The notes under the pieces are model-generated. The model did no database searches, was not told the origin of the DNA, and worked only from the letters and a program-made list of their open reading frames with translations. The translations under genes were made by a program, and so were the position numbers. From positions 278,420 to 342,419 of the forward strand of contig JBBRMA010000001.1 of assembly GCA_038231075.1 (NCBI GenBank): a stretch of 64,000 bases of DNA, written 5' to 3'. Origin of the DNA: Myxococcales bacterium (GTDB taxonomy: Bacteria > Myxococcota > Myxococcia > Myxococcales > 40CM-4-68-19). The stretch's first letter is position 1, and every line of letters starts with the position of its first letter. Positions 16,917 to 27,800 of this stretch are shown piece after piece.

Positions 16917-18020
16917 ATGCGCACCGCCACGCTGGCTGCCCGCCTCTCGCTTGCCGCGATCCTGCTGCTCGCGGCCTCCGCACGCGCCGCTCCGGTCGAC
17001 GACCTGCCCGCGATCGGCGACCGCTGCGTCATCGACCAGGCGAACCTGCTCAACCAAACCCAGCAGCGGCAGCTGCTCGACCTGTGCAAGCAGCTCAATC
17101 GCGCCGGAGTTGCCCAGCTCGCGGTGGCGACGGTTCTGAACCTCGGCGACCGGCAGCGCTCCGACTTCGCCGCCGACCTGTTCAAGAAGTGGAAGCTCGG
17201 CCACGGCAAGAAGCGCTCCGACGGCCTGCTCATCCTCGTCGCCCCCTCGACCTCGCACCCGTGGGGCATGCGCGTCGAGGTGGGCTACGGCCTGGAGGGC
17301 ACGCTCCCCGACGGCAAGGTCGGCGCCATGCTCGACCAGTTCTGGGCCCCTCCCCGCGATCGGCAGGCGTATGGCGAAGGGATCGTCGCGGTCGCGCAGG
17401 CCCTGGCCGGCTCGCTCGTCAAGGACGCCGCTGCCGGCGGCGATGCGGCGCCCACCGACGAGTCGCGCGCCAGCGGCCAGCGCCGCGGCCCGAGCGGCGC
17501 GAGCGGTTCCAGCGCCAACCCCGCCGCCCTCGGCCTCGCCATCCTCGCCATGCTTGCCTTGCTCATCGCGCTCGCCGGCTCGGCCTTGCGCAAGCAGTTC
17601 CCCGGCAAGCTGCACGGCGCAGCGGCCATCGGCCTCACGGTGCTCACCATCGGCGGCCTGCTCTCGATGGCCTCGGCCGGCGGCGGCTGGATCGCCTTCT
17701 TCATCGGCTTGGTCGTCAACGGCCTGACCTACTTCAGCATCAAGAGCCACAAGTGTCCGAAGGACGGCTCGTGGATGACCATCGACGAGGAGATCGTCGA
17801 TCACCCGACCTACTTCTCCACCGGCCTCGCCGTCGTGCAGCAGCGTTGCACCAGCGCCGCCTGCGGCTACCACAACAGCTACGAGAAGATCCTCCCGCAA
17901 AAGCAGATCGTGGTCTCGAGCGGCGGCGGCGGGGGAGGCGGCGGCGATGGCCCCGGCGACAGCGACAGCTTCAGCGGCGGCGGCGGAGAGTCGGGCGGCG
18001 GCGGCGCCGATCGAGACTGA
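16917..18020 (+). CDS. TPM-domain (YgcG-like) secreted/membrane protein with a Gly-rich C-terminus
   Basis: Signal peptide LSLAAILLLAASARA. TPM pattern DQANLLNQTQQRQL...AQLAVATV...FKKWKLGHGKKRSDGLLILVA...VEVGYGLEGTLPDG. TM helices and a poly-Gly tail. Confidence 0.8.
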   Translation: MRTATLAARLSLAAILLLAASARAAPVDDLPAIGDRCVIDQANLLNQTQQRQLLDLCKQLNRAGVAQLAVATVLNLGDRQRSDFAADLFKKWKLGHGKKRSDGLLILVAPSTSHPWGMRVEVGYGLEGTLPDGKVGAMLDQFWAPPRDRQAYGEGIVAVAQALAGSLVKDAAAGGDAAPTDESRASGQRRGPSGASGSSANPAALGLAILAMLALLIALAGSALRKQFPGKLHGAAAIGLTVLTIGGLLSMASAGGGWIAFFIGLVVNGLTYFSIKSHKCPKDGSWMTIDEEIVDHPTYFSTGLAVVQQRCTSAACGYHNSYEKILPQKQIVVSSGGGGGGGGDGPGDSDSFSGGGGESGGGGADRD

Positions 18021-18037
18021 AGCAGCTGCAGCAGTCC

Positions 18038-19540
18038 TCAATCGCGCGGCGGCGGCTGGTAGTCGCGGGCGAGGTTTTCAAAGCGCGTGAACTCGTGCAG
18101 GAAGGCGATGTTGGCCGTGCCGATGGGCCCGTTGCGCTGCTTGCCGATGATGATCTCGGCGATGCCCTTCACGTCCTCTTTCTCTTTTTCGTAAACCTCT
18201 TCGCGATAGATGAACATGATGGTGTCGGCGTCTTGCTCGATGGCGCCCGATTCGCGCAGGTCGCTCATCATCGGCCGCTTGTCGGGGCGCTTTTCCAGAG
18301 AGCGGTTGAGCTGGGAGAGCGCCATCACCGGAATTCCCAGCTCTTTCGACAACGCCTTCAGGCCGCGCGAGATCTCGCTGATCTGCTGCTCGCGGCTGTC
18401 GATGCGCTCGTTGCCTTTCATCAATTGTAGATAGTCGATGACGATGAGCCCGAGCGGCGCCTCGGTTTGCGAACACTTTGCGGCCAGGCGGCGCGACTTG
18501 GCGCGCAGCTCGAGCGAGGTGAGCGCCGGTGAGTCGTCGATGTGGATGCTGGCCTCGGCCAATTCGCCGGCAGCCTTGGCGAGCTTGGCCCAGTCGCTGT
18601 CGATGAGCCGGCCGGTGCGCATGCGCTGCGAATCGACCCGCGCTTCGCTCGCCAGCATGCGCATGACGAGCTGCTCTTTGGGCATTTCCAGCGAGAAGAC
18701 GCCGACCGCGCAGCGCTTGCCGTTGTAGGTCGCGCGCAGGCCGACGTGGGTCGCGATGTTCAAGCAAAAGGCCGTCTTTCCCATCGAGGGGCGGGCCGCG
18801 AGGATGACGAGATCGCCAGGCTGGAAGCCGCTGGTGAGGCGGTCGAGATCGGCGAACCCGGTGGCGACGCCGGTGATCTCTTCCTGCCGCTCGTAGAGCG
18901 CCTCGATGGTCTTGAACGCGGTCTTGACGATCTCGCGCACGGGCGTGAACGCCGCCTGCGCTTTCTGCTCGGTGACGGCGAAGATCCGGCGCTCCGCCTC
19001 GTCGAGGAACTCGCCCACGCCGCCCGACTGCTCGTAGCCCTGGGTGGCGATGGCGTGCGCGGCCTCGATCAGCCGGCGCGAGAGCGCCTTGTCGTGGACG
19101 ATGGTGCCGTAATACATGAGATTGGCGGCGCTCGGCACGACGGTGTCGAGCAGGTCGATGAACGACTCGCCGCCGATGGCCTCGAGCGCGCCCTGCGCCT
19201 TCAAGATGTCCTTGAGCGTGACCCGGTCGATGGGCTCGCTCTTGGCGTAGAGCGCGCACATCGCCTCGTAGATCTTGCGGTGCGCCTCCCGATAGAAGTC
19301 CTCGGGCTTGAGCACCTCGAGCAGGTCGTTGATCGACCCGTTGTCGAGGAGGATGCCGCCGAGCACGCTGCGCTCGGCGTCGAGGTTGTGCGGCGGCACG
19401 CGGCCCGGCGGGACGGCCACCAGGGCGGCAGAGCGGTTGATCTCGGCGGATTGGCTCACGGCGCCCCAGGCTAGCGGAGTGGTCTGACAGACAGCCGGCG
19501 GACCATCCGCCTTCGCGCCTGTTGAGCGCAATGTTGGCAA
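18038..19540 (-). CDS. dnaB: Replicative DNA helicase DnaB
   Basis: PPHNLDAERSVLGGILLDN...FYREAHRKIYEAM, Walker A AARPSMGKTAF, and the RecA-like C-terminus LIVIDYLQLM...ALSQLNR. The start is uncertain: ATG 19540, or GTG 19459 which gives the usual N-terminal length. Confidence 0.93.
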   Translation of the reverse strand: MPTLRSTGAKADGPPAVCQTTPLAWGAVSQSAEINRSAALVAVPPGRVPPHNLDAERSVLGGILLDNGSINDLLEVLKPEDFYREAHRKIYEAMCALYAKSEPIDRVTLKDILKAQGALEAIGGESFIDLLDTVVPSAANLMYYGTIVHDKALSRRLIEAAHAIATQGYEQSGGVGEFLDEAERRIFAVTEQKAQAAFTPVREIVKTAFKTIEALYERQEEITGVATGFADLDRLTSGFQPGDLVILAARPSMGKTAFCLNIATHVGLRATYNGKRCAVGVFSLEMPKEQLVMRMLASEARVDSQRMRTGRLIDSDWAKLAKAAGELAEASIHIDDSPALTSLELRAKSRRLAAKCSQTEAPLGLIVIDYLQLMKGNERIDSREQQISEISRGLKALSKELGIPVMALSQLNRSLEKRPDKRPMMSDLRESGAIEQDADTIMFIYREEVYEKEKEDVKGIAEIIIGKQRNGPIGTANIAFLHEFTRFENLARDYQPPPRD

Positions 19541-19605
19541 CCTGTGGGCGGCGCGAATTTTCTGTGGACACCCTGTGCCCGGAGCACTTGGAGCAACAGC
19601 CGGGG

Positions 19606-20262
19606 CTACTGGCCCACGGCCCGATGGACCCAGTCGCGAATGCAGGCCGTCTCGCTCGCCGTCAGCGGGTCGAGGCCGAGGGGCATCTGGAAGTTGAAGG
19701 GCGGGTCGGTGGTGAGCTTGGTCAGCATCAAGCTCGAGTCCGGGTGCGCGGGGTCGATGATGAGGCCCGGTCCGCCGAAGCCGGCGAGGCCGACGAGGCG
19801 GCCCGGCATGCCGGGGCTCTCCAGGTCGAGGTGTCCCTGCTGCGTGTCGGCGCCGTGGCAGAGGCCGGTCGCGCAGGTCGGGCCAAAGAGCGCGACCACG
19901 GGATTGCAGCCCGCGTCGGGGATGCCGCCATCGTGCGTGCCGCCATCCGGGTGGCCCGCGTCGCCCGCGCCCGCGTCGCTCGCGCCAGCATCGGTGGCGC
20001 CTGCGTCGCTTGGGCCGGCATCGCCCGCGTCCGCTGTGCCCGCGTCGCTTTGGCCCCCATCGGCGCCGGCGTCGCGGCCGTCGCCGCCGTCATCGACCGC
20101 GCCGCCGTCGCTGAGCAGGTAGACGAAGCGGCCCGGATCGTCGAGCGGCCCGGCGCAAGCCGAGAGCCCGGCGAGGAGCAGCGCGGCCAGCGGCGCCCGC
20201 CAGCGCCCGGCGGCCGCGCTACAGCCGCAGGGCGAAGGCGAGATCGACCACGACATACTCAT
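19606..20262 (-). CDS. Lipoprotein with an Asp/Ala/Gly acidic linker and a PSCyt1-like (Planctomycete cytochrome c-like) C-terminal domain
   Basis: Lipobox LLLAGLSAC. DAG-rich linker. C-terminal FGPTCATGLCHGADTQQGHLDLES...GGPGLIIDPAHPDSSLMLTKL...MPLGLDPLTASETACIRDWV resembles the PSCyt1 pattern. The start (ATG 20262 or 20256) overlaps the upstream gene and is uncertain. Confidence 0.6.
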   Translation of the reverse strand: MSMSWSISPSPCGCSAAAGRWRAPLAALLLAGLSACAGPLDDPGRFVYLLSDGGAVDDGGDGRDAGADGGQSDAGTADAGDAGPSDAGATDAGASDAGAGDAGHPDGGTHDGGIPDAGCNPVVALFGPTCATGLCHGADTQQGHLDLESPGMPGRLVGLAGFGGPGLIIDPAHPDSSLMLTKLTTDPPFNFQMPLGLDPLTASETACIRDWVHRAVGQ

Positions 20263-20986
20263 CCAGGGCTCCGCCGGCGACGTAGGGGTCGCCCGGCAGT
20301 GGGTGCAGCGAATAGAAAATGCGGGTGTATTTTCCCTCGAGGCGCAGATCGAAGCGAGGGCCGAGCGCGACGTTGACGGCGCCCCCAAGCTCGACGCCGC
20401 CGTGCGAGGCGCGCGGGAAGGCGCGGCCGATGGCGTCCTGCATGACCAGCGCGAGGTAGCCGGCCGAGACGCTGAGCGCGACGGGGCCGATGGGCTGCCG
20501 CAGGTCGAGGCCCGGCCGCCAATATTGCAGCGTGCCCGAGGGCAGCAGCACTCCCGCGGGCGGCGCCCCGCTGAAGTCGTAGCGCAGGCTGCCGTAGCGG
20601 ATCGAGACCGAGCCGCGCTCCTCGCCGGCGAAGACGGCGCGATAGCGGCCGCCCAAGTCCCACGCGTGCCAGAGGTTGTCGTAGCCCGCGCCCGCGAGGC
20701 CCCCGGGCGTGTGCGCGCGCAGGGAGCGGCTCACCGAGCCGAAGACGCCGACGTCGCTGACCACGGGCAGGCCGGCGTTGCTGGTGGGAAAGACCTCGAG
20801 CGAGGCGCGGAGCAGACCGGCGGCGCCGCTCGAGAAGCTGCCGAGCGAGGAGGTGACGCGGTCGCGATAGGTGACGCGCCGGTAGCCGACCTCGGGCGCG
20901 ATCGAGGCGTTCACGGTCGGCTCTGGCGGGGGCGGCTCGGCGAAGGCGGGCAGCGCGAGCGCGCAGAAGAGCGGCAGGAGCCTCAT
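20219..20986 (-). CDS. Putative outer-membrane beta-barrel protein
   Basis: Signal peptide MRLLPLFCALALPAFA. Alternating hydrophobic/polar strands with many Gly/Tyr/Arg (YRRVTYRD, VSIRYGSLRYDF, FDLRLEGKYTRIFYSL). ATG 20986 overlaps the Rieske stop (ATGA). Confidence 0.6.
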   Translation of the reverse strand: MRLLPLFCALALPAFAEPPPPEPTVNASIAPEVGYRRVTYRDRVTSSLGSFSSGAAGLLRASLEVFPTSNAGLPVVSDVGVFGSVSRSLRAHTPGGLAGAGYDNLWHAWDLGGRYRAVFAGEERGSVSIRYGSLRYDFSGAPPAGVLLPSGTLQYWRPGLDLRQPIGPVALSVSAGYLALVMQDAIGRAFPRASHGGVELGGAVNVALGPRFDLRLEGKYTRIFYSLHPLPGDPYVAGGALDEYVVVDLAFALRL

Positions 20987-21822
20987 GCGAGCTTCACCAC
21001 CACCGTCGTGCCATCGAAGGTCGAGGCGAGGCGGCGGAGCGGCTTCTGCGCGGGCCCGAGCTTGACCGAGCCGTCGAGCGTGAAGAGCGACCCGTGGCAC
21101 TTGCAGATGAGCAGCTGCTGGGCGCCGTAGACCGCGCAGCCAAGGTGGGTGCAGCGGGCGTCGAACGCCTCGAGCGTGGTCGGGCCGGTGCGGATGACGA
21201 GCAGCGGATAGAGCACGCCGCGCGAGTAGCCGGTGGCGCTGCCCGCGGGCTTCTGCAGCGCCGGCACGTCCTGCACGGTGAAGGTGACGGTGCCGCCCTT
21301 GGCGTCGGGAAAGACGCCGCCCTGGCCACCGAGATCGACGCTGAGCGTCTGCGTCGGCCGCTGGATCTTGACCGGATAGGGCTGCAGGTTGTCCTGCGCG
21401 GGAGGGTGCAGCACGGTGCCGTCGGCCGCGAAGCGCGAGAGGTGGCAGGGGCAGACGACCTGCGTGTTCTTGTCGTCCCAGGCGACCTCGCAGCCCGCGT
21501 GCGGACAGTAGGCGTTGAACGCGAGCAGGCCCTGCGTGGTCGAGTTGGCCACCAGCAAGGCCGTCGGGCGGCCCTGGGCGTCGAGCGCGTCGGGCCGCAG
21601 GATCAAGCTGCCGCCGCTGGTGAGCAGCTCGGGCACGCGAGTGAGCGGCACCGAGACGATGTCATTCTGCGGCGCGGGCAGGTCCAGCGAGAGCGGGTCA
21701 TTGACGAACGGCGCGCAGCCGGCGAGCTGGGCGAGGGCCGGCGCGCAGGCGGCCGCGGCTCCGCAGCGCAAGAGGGCGCGGCGGCTGCAGCCCTGCTCCT
21801 GTTCCGCGGGCTCGTCGGCCAT
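20983..21822 (-). CDS. Tandem (double) Rieske [2Fe-2S] domain protein with a Tat-type signal and lipobox
   Basis: Two complete CxH-x16-CxxH sites: CPHAGCEVAWDDKNTQVVCPCH and CTHLGCAVYGAQQLLICKCH. Leader SRRALLRCGAAAACAPALAQLAGC. Only the last 279 codons of ORF 20983..23385 are used (ATG 21822). Confidence 0.8.
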   Translation of the reverse strand: MADEPAEQEQGCSRRALLRCGAAAACAPALAQLAGCAPFVNDPLSLDLPAPQNDIVSVPLTRVPELLTSGGSLILRPDALDAQGRPTALLVANSTTQGLLAFNAYCPHAGCEVAWDDKNTQVVCPCHLSRFAADGTVLHPPAQDNLQPYPVKIQRPTQTLSVDLGGQGGVFPDAKGGTVTFTVQDVPALQKPAGSATGYSRGVLYPLLVIRTGPTTLEAFDARCTHLGCAVYGAQQLLICKCHGSLFTLDGSVKLGPAQKPLRRLASTFDGTTVVVKLA

Positions 21823-21836
21823 CGGCACTCTCTCGC

Positions 21837-24800
21837 TCAAGGTGGCCCCTGGGGAAAGCGCACGAGCATGGGCTCCTGCGCGGCGGCCGTGCTGCCGAGC
21901 GCGGTCGCGCCTTTGTAGCTGACCGAGCCCGCGTAGGCGCCGCTCACCCAGGCCGAGCCGGCCGCGCCCGCGGTGACGCCGGTGACCAGCATCGGGCCGG
22001 TTGCGTTGATCGCCTCGACGGTGGGCGCGGTGAGCGCCGCGGGGAAGCGCGCGAGCCACGCGTTCTGCGCCTCGGTGGCCGAGCCGGCCAAGAGCGCCAC
22101 TCCGGCGAGCGAGGGCGTGCCTGAGTAGGCCCCCGCGGCGTAGACGTTGCCGGCGGCGTCGGTGTCGAGCGCCAACGCCTTGGACGAGCCCGCGCTGGCG
22201 ATGACCGCGAGCGGCGCCCCGCTCTGGGGGCCGACCAGCTGCGATCCGGCGCACGAGGCCCGCGCCAGGTACTTGACGACGAAGGCCGACGAGGCCGACG
22301 CGCCGCAAGCGACGGCCACGTTGTGCAGCTTGGGCGAGGCCTGGCAGAAGCCGGAGACGAAGATGGCGTCGGAGGCGCCCACCGCCACCGAGGTGACCTG
22401 ATCGTGCGCCTGGGCCGCCGCGTCGCGGAAGATCTCGTTGGCAAGACCGCCCGCAAAGCAGCCATTCTTGCCAGCGGCGTCGAAGGTCGCGAGGTAGGGC
22501 GCGGCCAGCGCGGTCAGGCCGCTCGAGTCGGCGGCGTTCCCGGCGGCCACCGTGCTGCCGAGCGAGTCGAGCGCCACCGCGGGGCCGAGCCTTGCCGTCG
22601 CGCTGGCAGGGTCTGCGCCCGCCGCGAGGTCGATCGCAAAGCCGCAGCCGCCGGCGGCCAGATCGAAGCGGGCCGCAAAGTCGCGGTGCGCGGAGGCGGC
22701 GGTGAGCGCGCAGGCGGCGGCGCCAAAATTCTCCGCTCCTCCGGCCGCGGCGCTGTAGACGCCGCCCGCCAGCACGGCGGTGCCGCTGGTCGCGAGCGAG
22801 CCGATGGCGCCGGCGCCGAAGTGGCGGACCCAGACGATGGCGCCGGCGTTGGTCAGCCGCGCGAGGAACATCGATTCGACCGCGCCCACGCTGACCGCGC
22901 CGGCGCCGTCGCCGAAGTCGACGCTGCCGGTGAACGAGCCGCCGATGAGCGCGTCGCCCGAGGGGGCTACGGCGACCGCCCGCACCCGCGCCGAGCCGGC
23001 GTTCGGGACCGCGCTGGTCGCGGGGAAGAGGCGATCCCAGCTCGCGCTCGCGGGGGAGGCCAGCGCGCCGCGGGCGCCGTTCGGGTCCAGGCCGAGCGCG
23101 AATCCGCTGCCGGCGCTCGAGAAGGTCGAGCCGGCGCGCACGCCGTGGCCGAGGTCGGCGCTGCCGGTGAAGTTGCCGCCCGCGAACAGGTCGCCGCTGC
23201 TGTCTGCGCCCACCGCCAGCGCGCTGCCGGTCGCGCCCGGGAAGGCGACGAGCTCCAGCTGCTGCAGGCAGCGGATCTTGGCGGCGATGGGCCCTGCGAC
23301 CGCGCCGCCCGTGCATCCCGAGGCCGCCGACACCGTGCAGACCTGCGCCGGGCCCTTGGGCTGCGCGGTGACCGCGAGGGCGCACGAGCCGCCGCGCGGG
23401 ATGGGTTCGGCGAAGGCAAAGGTCGCGGCGCCGGAAGGGACGGCGAGGGCCTCGGTGTCATTGAAGGGCCCGGCCGCGAAGGCGAGCGTGTCCTGGAGCG
23501 CGAGGCCGCTCGAGGGCAACTGGCCCGCCGCACCCGCGGCCACCGAGGTGTCGAAGGTGCCGGCGACGGCGTAGCCGCAGATGACGCGCGGGCTGGTCAC
23601 GTCGGCTGTGCCCACCGTGCCGCTGCCGTTGCGCACGATGCAGGCGAGGCCGCTCGGCGGCGTCTGGACCGTCACGCTGTACGCGAGCCCCTGCCGCACC
23701 GGCGTCGCGAACTGGAAGGGGATGGCCGCGCCGGTGCTGCTCGCGGAGCCGCTCAGGACCAGCTGGTCGCCGCTGTTGTCCAAGAGCGCCATGGCCACGC
23801 TCGCGCCCGTGGCCAGGCCGATCACCTGGCCACCCACGCGCCACGCCGGCGTTCCGCACGAGATGGCGATGCTGCCGTCGTCGGCCTGGCCCATGGTGCC
23901 GCTGCCGTCGAAGTTGCCGCTGTTGCCTCCCGAGGCCACGCAGGCCTGCGCGGGCGCGCCGGGCTCTGCGCTGACGTTCACCCGATAGGCCGCGCCTTCG
24001 CCGATCTGCGTCGGGAAGGAGAAGGGCACCTCCGCGCCGGCGGCGGCCGGCACGGCCACGACATCGCCGCCGTTGGTGAGCACGAGGCCAGCGCCGACGA
24101 GGCCGCTGACCGTCCCGGAGAGCGTGTGCGAGGGCGCGCAGTCGATGATGGCGCTGGTCACGTTGCCAGATCCGACGAGGCCGATGTCGGTGCCGGCGCG
24201 CAGCGCGCAGACCTGGCCCGGCGGCTGCGACTTGACCGTCACGCGGTAGCTCTGGCCGCTCGGCAGCGGGGTGGCGAAGTTGAAGAACGGGTAGCGCGGC
24301 ATGGCCACCGAGACGTGCAGATCGTCGCCGCCGCTCTGCTGCAGCTGGACGCTGGTGCCGATGGCGAGGCCGTTGATGACGCCGCCGACGGTGAAGCGGC
24401 TGGTCGTGCAGGTGAGCGCGAGGTCGGTCACGTTGGCGCTCGGGTTGCCGGCGGCGGGACTGGGCGAGCCAGGGCTCTGCGCGCAGCTCTGCGACGGGTT
24501 GACCGGCTGCTGCCGCGCCGCGATGGCGTAGCCCTGCGCCTGCGAGACGGGCCGCTTGAAGCTGAAGGCGGTCTGGCCTTGCGCGATGGGCACGATCTCG
24601 CCGCTGGTCGCGTTGACGAGCTGCAAGCTGGCGCCCGAGTAGCCCGCGATGGTGCCGGCGATGGTGAAGCCCGGCGCGCACGCGACCTGGATGGTGTTGA
24701 TGTTGGCGGCGACGACGCTCCCGCTGCCGGCGCTGAGCGCGCAGGACACCGGCCCGGTCGAGGAGACGAGCGCGGCTGCGTAGGTCTGGCCTCCCGGAAG

Positions 24801-27800
24801 GGCGGTCACGAAGTTGAAGCCCACCGGCGTTGCGCCCGTTCCGCTGCCGTTCACGGTGCGGCTGTCGGCGCCGTTGTTCAAGAGAGTCACGCTGGCTCCC
24901 GCGGGCAGGCCGGTGACGGCGCCGCCGATCGAGAACGCGGTCGTGGCGCAGGTGACGACGAGGTTCGCGACGTTCGCGGCCGGATTGCCCGCGGGGAAGG
25001 CCGGCGAGGAGGGCAGCACCGCGCAGGCTTGCGACGGCACGGTGGGCTGCGCGGTGACTGCGAGCGCGTAGCCTTGCTTCTGCGTGAAGAGCTTGCTGAA
25101 GGCGAAGCTGGTCGCGCCCTGGGCGATGGCGACCGTCTCGCCGGTGGCGTTGTTCTTCAACGAGAGGCCCGCGCCCGCGTAGCCTGCGATGGTGCCCGCG
25201 AGGCTGAACGCGGGCGAGCAGGCGATGGCGACGTTGGCCACCGGCGCGGCGGCGATGGTGCCGCTGCCTCCGCTGGCGACGCTGCAGAGGACCGGGCCCG
25301 CCGAGGAAGAGACCGCGGCCGCGTAGCCCTGTCCGCTCTTGACCGCGGTGGCGAAGGCAAAGGCGATGGGTGCGCTGCCGTCAGAGGCGCCTCCCACCGT
25401 GAGCGGGTCTGCGCCGTTGTCGAGCAGCGTGACGCTCGCGCCCGCGGGCAGGCCGGCGACGGTACCGCCGACGCTGAAGCCGGTGGTGGCGCAGGTGACG
25501 GCGAGGTTCGAGACGTTGGCGGAGGGGCTGCCCGACGCGGGCAGGACGTTGCAGCTCTGCGTCGGCGCCGTGGGCTGCGCGGTGACCGAAAGCGAGAAGC
25601 CCTGCGCCTGCGTGACCAGCCTCGTGAACGCGAGCGTGGTGGCCCCCCCGGCGACGGTGAGCGTCTCGCCGGTGGTCGTGCTCGTGATCTGCAGCCCGGT
25701 GGCGGCGTAGCCAGCGACGGTGCCCGAGAGGCTGAAGGCCGGGGCGCAGGCGATCTGCACGTTGCCGACCGCGGCGCCGGCGACCGTGCCATTGCCTCCG
25801 CTCGCGACGCGGCACGAGACGGGACCAGCCTGGCTGCTGACCGACACTGAATATCCTTCGCCGCTCCCGACCAGCGCGGGGAAGGTGAAGGCGATGGGCG
25901 CCGCGCCGGTGCCAGAGCCTGTGACCACCTTGGTGTCGGCGCCGTTCTGCAAGGTGACCGTGGCCGTTGCCGGCAGGCCGTTCACCTGGCCGCCCACCAC
26001 GAACGAGCTGGTCGCGCAGAGCAACGCGAGCGTGGTGACGTCGGCCGCCGGGTTGCCGCTCGCGGGCTTTGGCGAGGCGCCGCTGACGCCGCACACCTGG
26101 GCCGGCGAGCTGGGCTGGGCGACGACGCTGACCGCGTAGCCTTGCGCCTGCGTCACCCGCTGCGTGAACGCGAAGGCCGTCTGGCCGGCGGCGATGGACA
26201 GCGTCTCGCCGGTGGGCCCGTTCTTGAGCACGAGGCCGCCGCCGGTGACGCTGCTGATCGCGCCCGAGATGGCGAAGGTCGGCACGCAGGCGATCTGCAC
26301 CGTGGAGACATTGGCCGCAGCGATGGTGCCGCTCCCGCCCGCGCTGACGCGGCAGGAGACGGGTCCGCTCGCGCTGACGACGGTGGCGGCGAACGTTGCC
26401 CCGCTCGGGACCGGGGCCGCGAAGGTGAAGGGCACCGCGGCTGCGCCCGTTCCGGCGCCGTTGACGGTGAGCGAATCGGCGCCGTTGTCGAGCAGCGTGA
26501 CAGAGGAGCCCGAAGGCAGTCCGGTGACGCTCCCGCCGACGGTGAAGCCGGTGGTCGCGCAGGTGAACGCCAGCGTCGTCACGTTGGCCGCGGGGTTGCC
26601 CGCTTGCGGGCTCGGCGTGCACGACTGGGTTGGCGCGGCGGGCTGGGAGGTGGCGCTGATCGAGTAGCCTTGCGCCTGCGTGACGGGCCTCGCGAAGGCA
26701 AACGTGGTCGCGGCCTTGGCGATGGCCAGCGCTTCGCCGGTGGTGGAGTTGGTCAAGACGAGGCCCGTCCCGGCGACCCCGGAGAGCGTCCCGCTGAGCG
26801 TGAACGCGGGCACGCAGGTGACCTGGATGGCGGTGAGGTTTCCGTTGGTCACCGCTCCATTCGCGCCCGCCGTCACCGAGCACGAGACGGGCCCGCTGGT
26901 CGCGGTCTGCACCGCCGCGTAGCTGCGCCCGCTCGCCACCGGCACGCCGAAGAGGAAGGCCACCGGCGCCGCGCCCGTGCCGCTGCCGGCGACCGTGCGC
27001 GCGTCGAACCCGTCGTTGAGCAGCGTGACCGAGGAGCCCGCGGGCAGGCCGGTGACGCTGCCGCCCACCGTGAACGCGCTGGTGGTGCAGACGACGGCGA
27101 CGCTGCCGATGGCGGAGCCGCCCATGGTCCCGGCGCGATTGGTCAGCGCGCACGACTGCACGGGGCCGCTCGGCTGGGTCTGCACGCTCACCGAGTACGG
27201 TCGGCTCGTCTGCACCGGCGTGGCGAAGGTGAAGGCGCCGTCCTGCGAGACGGCCAGCGCGTCCGCTCCGTTGTCGAGGAGCACGAGCCCGGCGCCGGTG
27301 AGGCCGGTGACGGTGCCGCCCACCGTGAAGGAGGGCGTGGTGACGCAGGTGAGCTGGATGTTGGTGACGTTCCTGGCCACGATGCCGCTGCCGTTGGTCA
27401 GTGTGCAGGTCTGGAACGGATTGGCCGGCTGCGACTTGATGGTGACCGAGTAGCTCTGACCCGCCTGGAGCAAGCCGGTGAAGATGAAGAGGCCATCGGC
27501 GGCAAGCGGCACATCGCCGCCGCCGTCTTCCTGGACGACGAGGCCCGCGCCGGCGACGCCGTGGGCGACTCCACCGATGAGGAAGAAGGGGCTGGTCTGG
27601 CAGCTGACGATGACGCCCGTGACATCGGCGCTGCCGACGGTGCCGCGGCCTCCGCTGACCGAGCAGATCTGCAGCGGCGAGCCCGGCTGGGTCGCGACCG
27701 ACACCGCGTAGGGTTGGCCGCCCTGGAGCTGCGTCGCGAAGGTGAAGCTGCCGTTCTGCACCAGGGGCAGCGGGTCCGCGCCGTTGTCGAGGAGAACCAG

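Noticed and set aside
18021-18037. Short palindromic GCAGCTGCAGC between the convergent TPM and dnaB genes, considered as a bidirectional terminator
   Set aside because: The stem is too short and there are no flanking A/T tracts.
15021-18041. 1006-aa minus-strand ORF spanning tlyA, the kinase and the TPM gene
   Set aside because: It is antisense to three genes that each carry clear family motifs. Its translation is low-complexity Ala/Gly/Arg/Glu.
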